Origin: Occultella glacieicola
GTDB lineage: Bacteria > Actinomycetota > Actinomycetes > Actinomycetales > Beutenbergiaceae
Length of the DNA stretch: 30,080 nt
Assembly: GCF_004353825.1 (NCBI RefSeq)
Contig: NZ_SMNA01000013.1
Coordinates: forward strand, 124,001 to 154,080
Direction: 5' to 3'
Shown here: in pieces, positions 24,026 through 30,080 of the stretch
How the letters are laid out: each line of letters starts with the position of its first letter
Position numbering within the stretch: the stretch's first letter is position 1
Notes under the pieces: generated by a model
Database searches by the model: none
What the model was told of the DNA's origin: nothing
The model's input: the letters and a program-made list of their open reading frames with translations, nothing else
Position numbers and translations under genes: made by a program

Positions 24026-26341
24026 ATGCTCGAGCTCGGAACCACGAGCGTTGTCATTGTGTCGGTGATCGCCGCGATCGGTGTTCTCTCGCTGGTGCTG
24101 GCGGTGATCCTGCGTCGGCAGGTTCTCGCGGCCGGTGAGGGCACCCCGAAGATGCAGGAGATCGCCGCCGCCATCCAAGAGGGGGCCTCGGCATATCTGA
24201 GCCGGCAGTTCCGGACGCTGGCGATCTTCGCGGTCGTCGTGTTCGGGTTGTTGTTCCTGTTGCCCGGCGACGGCGCGATCAAGGTCGGTAGATCCATCGC
24301 GTTCCTGTTCGGGGCGGGGTTCTCCGCCGCGATCGGCTATCTCGGGATGTGGCTGGCGACCCGCGCGAACCTCCGGGTCGCGGCCGCCGCGACCGGAACG
24401 GACGGGCGCGCCGAAGGCGCGCGGATCGCGTTCCGCACCGGCGGGGTCGTCGGCATGAGCGTGGTGGGCCTCGGCCTGCTCGGGGCGGCGGCCGTGGTCC
24501 TCAGCTTCCGCGGCGACGCGCCCGCGGTGCTGGAGGGCTTCGGCTTCGGGGCCGCGTTGCTGGCGATGTTCATGCGCGTCGGTGGGGGGATCTTCACGAA
24601 GGCGGCCGACGTCGGCGCCGACCTGGTCGGCAAGGTCGAGCAGGGCATCCCCGAGGACGACCCCCGCAATGCCGCCACCATCGCGGACAACGTCGGCGAC
24701 AACGTCGGCGACTGCGCCGGGATGGCCGCGGACCTGTTCGAGTCGTATGCCGTGATGCTGGTGGCAGCCCTCATCCTCGGGAAGGCGACCATGGGGGAGC
24801 AGGGGCTGGTGTTCCCGCTCATCGTGACCGCCATCGGCGCGATCGTGGCCGTGCTCGGCGTGGCGATCACCCGGGTCCGGGGTACCGAGAGCGGGCTGCG
24901 GGCCATCTACCGGGGCTTCTACATCTCCGCACTCGTGGGCGCCGCACTCGCCGCGGTCGCCGCCTTCATCTACCTTCCGTCCAGCTTCGCGGCGATTCCC
25001 GGCGTCAGCGCCGACCTCGCCGAGCACGCCGGGGACCCGCGTCTGGTGACGGCGGCGGCCGTGCTGGTCGGGGTGATCCTGGCCGGGATCATCCTGGCCG
25101 TGACCGGGTACTTCACCGGCACGACCTCGAAGCCGACCAAGCACGTGGCCGCCACGTCCCGGACCGGCGCCGCAACCGTGGTGCTGTCCGGCATCGGCGT
25201 CGGGTTCGAGTCCGCCGTGTACACCGCCGGCATCATCGCCGCCGCGCTCTGTGGACTGTTCCTGCTGGCCGGGGGCTCGATCTGGCTCTCGCTGTTCCTG
25301 ATCGCGCTCGCGGGCTGCGGCCTCCTGACCACGGTCGGTGTGATCGTCGCGATGGACACGTTCGGACCGGTGAGCGACAACGCCCAGGGCATCGCCGAGA
25401 TGTCCGGTGACGTCGAGGAGGAGGGCGCTCAGATCCTGACCGACCTGGACGCCGTCGGGAACACCACGAAGGCGATCACCAAGGGCATCGCGATCGCGAC
25501 CGCGGTGCTCGCCGCGACCGCCTTGTTCGGTTCCTACGGGGACGCGGTGAACACCGCACTGGCGGACATCGGTTTCGACGCCGCCGCCCGCGGGAACGAC
25601 CTCGTGGCCTCGATGCTGAACTACGAGATCGTCTCGCCGATCACTCTGGTGGGCCTCATCCTCGGGGCCTCCACCGTGTTCCTGTTCTCCGGGTTGGCGA
25701 TCGACGCCGTGACCCGGGCGGCCGGGGCGATCGTGTTCGAGGTGCGCCGCCAGTTCCGGGACTTCCCGGGCATCATGACCGGCGAGACCCGCCCCGAGTA
25801 CGGCAAGGTCGTGGACATCTGCACCCGGGACTCGCTGCGGGAGTTGGCGACACCGGGCCTGTTGGCCGCGTTCGCGCCGATCGCGGTCGGGTTCGGCCTC
25901 GGGGTCGGGGCACTGGCCGGGTTCCTCGGTGGCGCGATCGGTGCCGGGGTGCTGATGGCCGTGTTCCTTGCGAACTCGGGGGGCGCCTGGGACAACGCGA
26001 AGAAGATCGTCGAGGACGGCCACTACGGCGGGAAGAACTCCGAGGCGCACGCCGCAGTCGTCATCGGCGACACGGTCGGTGACCCGTTCAAGGACACCGC
26101 CGGGCCGGCGATCAACCCGCTGATCAAGGTGATGAACCTGGTCTCGGTGCTGATCGCACCCGCCGTGGTCGTCATGAGCGTCCCCGCCGACGCCAACCAC
26201 GGCATCCGGATCGCGATCGCCTGCGCGGCGGCGCTGATCGCGTTCGGTGCGATCGTCGCGTCACGGCTGAGGGCGTCGAAGGTGGACGCCGCGAACGAGG
26301 CTCAGGCCGAGCACGAGGCAGAGCAGATCGCGGCTGGTTGA
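24026..26341 (+). CDS. hppA: Membrane-bound ion-translocating pyrophosphatase, K+-independent H+-PPase type
   Basis: GGGIFTKAADVGADLVGKVE, EDDPRN, DNVGDNVGD, GPVSDNAQGIAEM, LDAVGNTTKA, GGAWDNAKK, GDTVGDPFKDTAGP; many TM helices. Confidence 0.96.
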   Translation: MLELGTTSVVIVSVIAAIGVLSLVLAVILRRQVLAAGEGTPKMQEIAAAIQEGASAYLSRQFRTLAIFAVVVFGLLFLLPGDGAIKVGRSIAFLFGAGFSAAIGYLGMWLATRANLRVAAAATGTDGRAEGARIAFRTGGVVGMSVVGLGLLGAAAVVLSFRGDAPAVLEGFGFGAALLAMFMRVGGGIFTKAADVGADLVGKVEQGIPEDDPRNAATIADNVGDNVGDCAGMAADLFESYAVMLVAALILGKATMGEQGLVFPLIVTAIGAIVAVLGVAITRVRGTESGLRAIYRGFYISALVGAALAAVAAFIYLPSSFAAIPGVSADLAEHAGDPRLVTAAAVLVGVILAGIILAVTGYFTGTTSKPTKHVAATSRTGAATVVLSGIGVGFESAVYTAGIIAAALCGLFLLAGGSIWLSLFLIALAGCGLLTTVGVIVAMDTFGPVSDNAQGIAEMSGDVEEEGAQILTDLDAVGNTTKAITKGIAIATAVLAATALFGSYGDAVNTALADIGFDAAARGNDLVASMLNYEIVSPITLVGLILGASTVFLFSGLAIDAVTRAAGAIVFEVRRQFRDFPGIMTGETRPEYGKVVDICTRDSLRELATPGLLAAFAPIAVGFGLGVGALAGFLGGAIGAGVLMAVFLANSGGAWDNAKKIVEDGHYGGKNSEAHAAVVIGDTVGDPFKDTAGPAINPLIKVMNLVSVLIAPAVVVMSVPADANHGIRIAIACAAALIAFGAIVASRLRASKVDAANEAQAEHEAEQIAAG

Positions 26342-26354
26342 GCTCGGTGCGGTT

Positions 26355-26390
26355 CGGGCGCCCGGTGACCGAGAGGTCGCCGGGCGCTCG
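26355..26390 (+). terminator. Strong hairpin after hppA (between convergent genes)
   Basis: CGGGCGCCCGGTGACC-GAGA-GGTCGCCGGGCGCTCG: a 16-bp stem (14 Watson-Crick plus 2 G-U on the + strand) with a GNRA loop. Confidence 0.7.
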
Positions 26391-26426
26391 GCATGTATGG
26401 GGGGCGCCGTGCCGGGCCGGCGGGTG

Positions 26427-26789
26427 TCAGATCTGTTCCACCTCGGCGGTCAGAGCGCCGCCGGTGTCACCGGTGTTGACCACCCCGGCTGGCTCCAGCA
26501 ACAACACCTTGGCCTCCGTGTCGGACCGGGGGCAGTGCTCCACGCCGCGCGGCACGACGAACAACTGGCCGGGTCCGAGGGTCACGTCCCGATCCCTCAG
26601 CTGGATGGTGAGTCGCCCATCGAGCACCAGGAACAGCTCGTCGGTCTCCTCGTGGCTGTGCCAGACGAAGTCACCCTTGACCTTGACGAGCTTAACCTCG
26701 TAGTCGTTCAGGCGTGCGACGAGTTTCGGTGACCAGTGCTCGGAGAAGAGATCGAATTTCGCGTTGAGGTCCACCGCGTCCTCTGACAT
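26427..26789 (-). CDS. Cupin domain protein
   Basis: EHWSPK, GDFVWHSHEETDELFLV, FVVPRGVEHCP; ATG at 26789. Confidence 0.9.
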   Translation of the reverse strand: MSEDAVDLNAKFDLFSEHWSPKLVARLNDYEVKLVKVKGDFVWHSHEETDELFLVLDGRLTIQLRDRDVTLGPGQLFVVPRGVEHCPRSDTEAKVLLLEPAGVVNTGDTGGALTAEVEQI

Positions 26790-26872
26790 GGGACCGAGTC
26801 TGCCAAACGGCCGTGGTGGTGGCGCTCCCGCGAGGCAGCACCGCATGGTGCCTCGGGTGGCACGATGAGGGC

Positions 26873-27661
26873 ATGAACCCTCCTGCCGCACGCACGGCCC
26901 TGATCACCGGCGCGAGCCGTGGCATCGGTAGGCACCTCGCCCTCGGGCTGGCGGACGCCGGCCTGGACGTGGCCCTCCTCGCTCGTGACGTCGACCGGCT
27001 CACCGGGGTGGCCGAGGAGGTCGAAGCGCGCGGCCGCCGGGCCGTGGTCCTGGCCGGGGACGTCACCGACCGGGTCGCCGTCGACGCCGCCGTCTCGGAA
27101 GCCGAGTACGCCCTCGGAGGAGTCGACCTGCTGGTCAACAACGCGGGTCTGGTGGACCCCGAGGTGCCGCTCTGGGAGGCGGATCCCGAGGAGTGGCAGC
27201 GAGTCCTGGTCACCGATGTGTACGGACCGTTCCTGCTGGCCCGGGCCGTGGTACCCGGCATGCTCGGCCGTGGCGGCGGGCGGGTGGTCGATCTCAACTC
27301 CGGTGCCGGCACCCGTGACACCCCGGACATGAGCGCCTACAACGTGGCCAAGACCGCGTTGTTCCGCATCGGTGGCGGATTGCACGAGGCCGGGTTCTCG
27401 CGAGGGCTACGAGCCTTCGAGGTGGCCCCGGGGGTGGTTCCGACCGACATGTCGACGGGGATGCGCATGCACGCGGGCCGCACCGACTGGACCCCACCCG
27501 AGGCCGTGGTGGACATTGTGGCCGCCATCGCCGCAGGAGAACTCGACAACCTGTCCGGGTGCTACCTGCGCGCCGGCTCCGACACCGTCGAGGACCTCCG
27601 CACCCGAGCCGGGGCCGGCCCGCAGGCCGGGCGTCGGCTGCGGGTCACCGACTGGGTCTGA
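26873..27661 (+). CDS. SDR family NAD(P)-dependent oxidoreductase
   Basis: TGASRGIG, LVNNAG, NSG, catalytic YNVAK; ATG at 26873. Confidence 0.92.
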   Translation: MNPPAARTALITGASRGIGRHLALGLADAGLDVALLARDVDRLTGVAEEVEARGRRAVVLAGDVTDRVAVDAAVSEAEYALGGVDLLVNNAGLVDPEVPLWEADPEEWQRVLVTDVYGPFLLARAVVPGMLGRGGGRVVDLNSGAGTRDTPDMSAYNVAKTALFRIGGGLHEAGFSRGLRAFEVAPGVVPTDMSTGMRMHAGRTDWTPPEAVVDIVAAIAAGELDNLSGCYLRAGSDTVEDLRTRAGAGPQAGRRLRVTDWV

Positions 27662-27699
27662 GCAAGGGCTCGGACCTCGATCGTCCGGGTCGACGATTG

Positions 27700-29100
27700 T
27701 CAGCCGGTGATCGGCGGCTGCTCGAGCGCGGTGTCGTGGTGGTCGTGCGGGCGCACCCGGACCAACAGGAGTAGTCCGATGAGCAGCACCAGGATGATGC
27801 CGAGGATGCCCCAGTACTGGGCCTCGTCCCTGGTCTGCCCGGTGAGCGTGGCGCCGATCAGGATCGCGGTCGAGAACGCGGCGGGCGCCATGAAGCTGAC
27901 CGCCCGACCCGTGGTTGCGTACAGGCCGAACACCTCGCCCTCGCGCCCCGCCGGGATCAGGCGAGCCAGGAACGTGCGGGAGGCGGACTGTGCTGGCCCC
28001 ACGAAGATGCACAGGATCAGCCCGAGGACCCAGAACACCGTGGTCCCGCCGGACTGAAGGAAGAAGATGAGCGTGCCGGCGATGATCATGCAGGTCAGGG
28101 ACAACATGATGACGCGCTTGGGGCCGAGGCGGTCATCCAGGGCCCCGAAGGCGATCGTGGCGACCCCGGCGACGACATTGGCCACGACGCCGAAGATGAT
28201 CACCTGCCCGGCGCTGAAGCCGAACACGCCTGCGGCGATCACACCGCCGAAGGTGAACACACCGGCCAGGCCGTCGCGGAACACGGCCGAGGCGATCAGG
28301 AAGAAGACGGTGTTACGGTCTGCGCGCCAGAGGTCGGCGATGGTGCGGAAGAGCAGCCGGTACGACTCGATCAGCCCCGGATTCGCGGTCCGGCGGGCGG
28401 TGTTGCGGGGCTTGTCCCGGATCGTCAGAATCACCGGTAGCGAGAAGATCAGTGTCCAGGCGGCGCAGAGCAGCATGGTGACCCGGACGTCCATGCCGTC
28501 CTCGCTGGTGATGCCGAACACGCCGACGTCGGGGTTGATCAGGCCGAAATAGACCATCAGCAGGAGCACGATCCCGCCGATGTAGCCCAGGCCCCAGCCG
28601 AGCCCCGACACCCGCCCGACCGTGCTGGCGGTGGAGATCTCGTTGAGCATGGCGTTGTAGTTGACGGATGCGAACTCGAACGCAATGTTGCCGCCTGCCA
28701 GCAGGAGCAGACCCAGCCAGAGGTACTCGGGTGCGGGTTGGACGAAGAACAGGCCTGCCGAGGCGATCACGACGAGCAGCGTGTTTACGGTGAGCCACAG
28801 GGTGCGGCGCCCCGCACGGTCCGCGCTCTGGCCCGTGATCGGTGCGAACAGGGCGATGAGCACGCCGGCTCCGGCGAGCACCCAACCGAGAGTGGATTCC
28901 GCGCCGGGGCCGAACGCGTCCGAGGTGATGTAGACCGTGAAGACGAACGTGGTGATCACCGCGTTGAACGCGGCGGACCCCCAGTCCCAGAGGGCCCAGG
29001 CGGTCACCGGCCAGGTCAGGATCCGGGGCGGTGCGCTCGGATGTTCGGCGGCGTCCGGCCGGCCCGCCTGGGCGGCCGCAGCCTTGTTCGTCTCGTCCAT
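27700..29100 (-). CDS. MFS transporter (UMF1/Atg22-like family)
   Basis: AWALWDWGSAAF, GQSADRAGRR, YNAML, GRVSGLGWGLGY, FRDGL, DDRLGPKR, GPAQSASR, FGLYATTGR; about 12 TM helices; preferred start ATG 29100. Confidence 0.92.
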   Translation of the reverse strand: MDETNKAAAAQAGRPDAAEHPSAPPRILTWPVTAWALWDWGSAAFNAVITTFVFTVYITSDAFGPGAESTLGWVLAGAGVLIALFAPITGQSADRAGRRTLWLTVNTLLVVIASAGLFFVQPAPEYLWLGLLLLAGGNIAFEFASVNYNAMLNEISTASTVGRVSGLGWGLGYIGGIVLLLMVYFGLINPDVGVFGITSEDGMDVRVTMLLCAAWTLIFSLPVILTIRDKPRNTARRTANPGLIESYRLLFRTIADLWRADRNTVFFLIASAVFRDGLAGVFTFGGVIAAGVFGFSAGQVIIFGVVANVVAGVATIAFGALDDRLGPKRVIMLSLTCMIIAGTLIFFLQSGGTTVFWVLGLILCIFVGPAQSASRTFLARLIPAGREGEVFGLYATTGRAVSFMAPAAFSTAILIGATLTGQTRDEAQYWGILGIILVLLIGLLLLVRVRPHDHHDTALEQPPITG

Positions 29101-29314
29101 GGAGACAAACGTAGAGACAACCCGCGTCCAGATGGTGTCCAACGAGCCAACGGCGTGGGCCGGGCGTGGCGCCGAGTGAGCCCCCTGGGGTGGTGCAACT
29201 AGCCGGTGGCGCTTCCCACCGGGACCCCGGCCCCGACGTGCTGACTACGAGGGCCGGCGCCTACCGGCTCGGCGCGAGCAGGGCGGGCGGCGATGCGACG
29301 CACTGCGGTCCCGG

Positions 29315-30079
29315 TCAGTTCCACGGCGTCTCGGTGGGGTGGATCTCGGTGCCGTCGTGTCGGTAGAAGTGCCAGCGGCCGGCTTGTCGGGTCATGGTGA
29401 TGTTGTGGGTGTGGACCCAGCGGTGGTGGTAGTAGCACAGGAGTGCGGCTTGGTCGAGGTCGGTGTCGCCGCCGTTGCTCCACCATCGGGTGGCGTGGTG
29501 GGACTCGGTGCGTTCGGGTGGGACGGTGCAGTCGGGTGCGGTGCAGTGCCGGTCCCGGGTGATGAGGGCTCGGCGTTGGGAGGGGGTGAACAGCCGGTGC
29601 GCGCGGCCGTGGTTGATGACCTCGTTGTCGGGGCTGAAGATGATCCGGTAGACCTCGCCGGAGCAGTTGATGATCCGTTCGAGTAGGTCCCGGGGTACTG
29701 GGCCGGTGTTGTCGGTGAAGGTCGCGGGTCCGCGGGTGAGTAGCCCGGCCCAGTCCTTGGTGGCAGGAGCGGCAGGAGCGGTGGCGGGAGTGGGCGTGGG
29801 TGCGCCGGTAGCGGGCGGGGCGGCCGTGGGCGCAGTTGTGCCGTCGTGGCCGGTCGGGGGCTCGGGTGCTTGCGTGGGAGCCTCGGTCGGGCCGGCTGGA
29901 GACTCGGCGCCGGCGGCAGCGTCAGCGGCGGCAGGCGGGGTGGCTGTGGGCGTAGTTGTCTCGTTGGTGCTGGTCGGGGGCTCGGGTGCTTGCGCGGGAG
30001 CCTCGGCCGGGCTGGCGGGGTCGAGTCCGGGCAGGGGGTCGGCCACCGGTGCCGCACCGGCCGCGGCGGTGCCGGCCGC
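29315..30079 (-). CDS. DUF222 (13E12-repeat)/HNH endonuclease-signature protein, 5'-truncated by the window edge
   Basis: GRAHRLFTPSQRRALITRDRHCTAPDC...HH...W..GGDTDL....LLCYYHHRWVH; the frame stays open to the window end. Confidence 0.85.
   Translation of the reverse strand, partial: AAGTAAAGAAPVADPLPGLDPASPAEAPAQAPEPPTSTNETTTPTATPPAAADAAAGAESPAGPTEAPTQAPEPPTGHDGTTAPTAAPPATGAPTPTPATAPAAPATKDWAGLLTRGPATFTDNTGPVPRDLLERIINCSGEVYRIIFSPDNEVINHGRAHRLFTPSQRRALITRDRHCTAPDCTVPPERTESHHATRWWSNGGDTDLDQAALLCYYHHRWVHTHNITMTRQAGRWHFYRHDGTEIHPTETPWN
29811..30020. repeat. Imperfect direct repeat with a 120-bp period inside the HNH gene
   Basis: 29811-29900 aligns without gaps to 29931-30020 (GGTCGGGGGCTCGGGTGCTTGCG is identical in both); encodes PAGPTEAPTQAPEPPT... 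and PASPAEAPAQAPEPPT... Confidence 0.88.
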
Positions 30080-30080
30080 G

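Noticed and set aside
29811..30020. CRISPR-like array
   Set aside because: Only two imperfect copies, in frame within a coding linker, with no spacers and no cas genes.

Overview
High-GC bacterial DNA with an actinobacterial gene content (the taxon is inferred). From left to right: the 3' end of an Rv3654c-type TadE-like gene (missed by the ORF track), a SAM methyltransferase, a divergent VOC/TetR pair with a duplicated palindromic operator, a DECH-box helicase with a C-terminal Cys cluster (SftH/Hrq1-like), NH3-dependent nadE and an ICL/PEP-mutase family gene. Next is a beta-glycoside utilisation locus (Tat-lipoprotein binding protein, two ABC permeases, TetR, GH3, GH5). It is followed by two tandem SigE-family ECF sigma / membrane-protein pairs, each preceded by a CAAC-N17-CGTC promoter. 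The rest is class III ribonucleotide reductase nrdDG under tandem NrdR boxes, a PQQ-type beta-propeller protein, a K+-independent membrane pyrophosphatase hppA, a cupin, an SDR, an MFS transporter and the 3' part of a DUF222/HNH-type gene with a 120-bp internal duplication. No rRNA, tRNA, CRISPR array or recognisable transposase was seen. The best candidate for an undescribed system is the duplicated ECF/putative anti-sigma module: four copies of a two-Cys extracytoplasmic domain, matching promoters, and a leaderless uORF in frame with the first sigma. All calls come from motifs read by eye; no searches were run.
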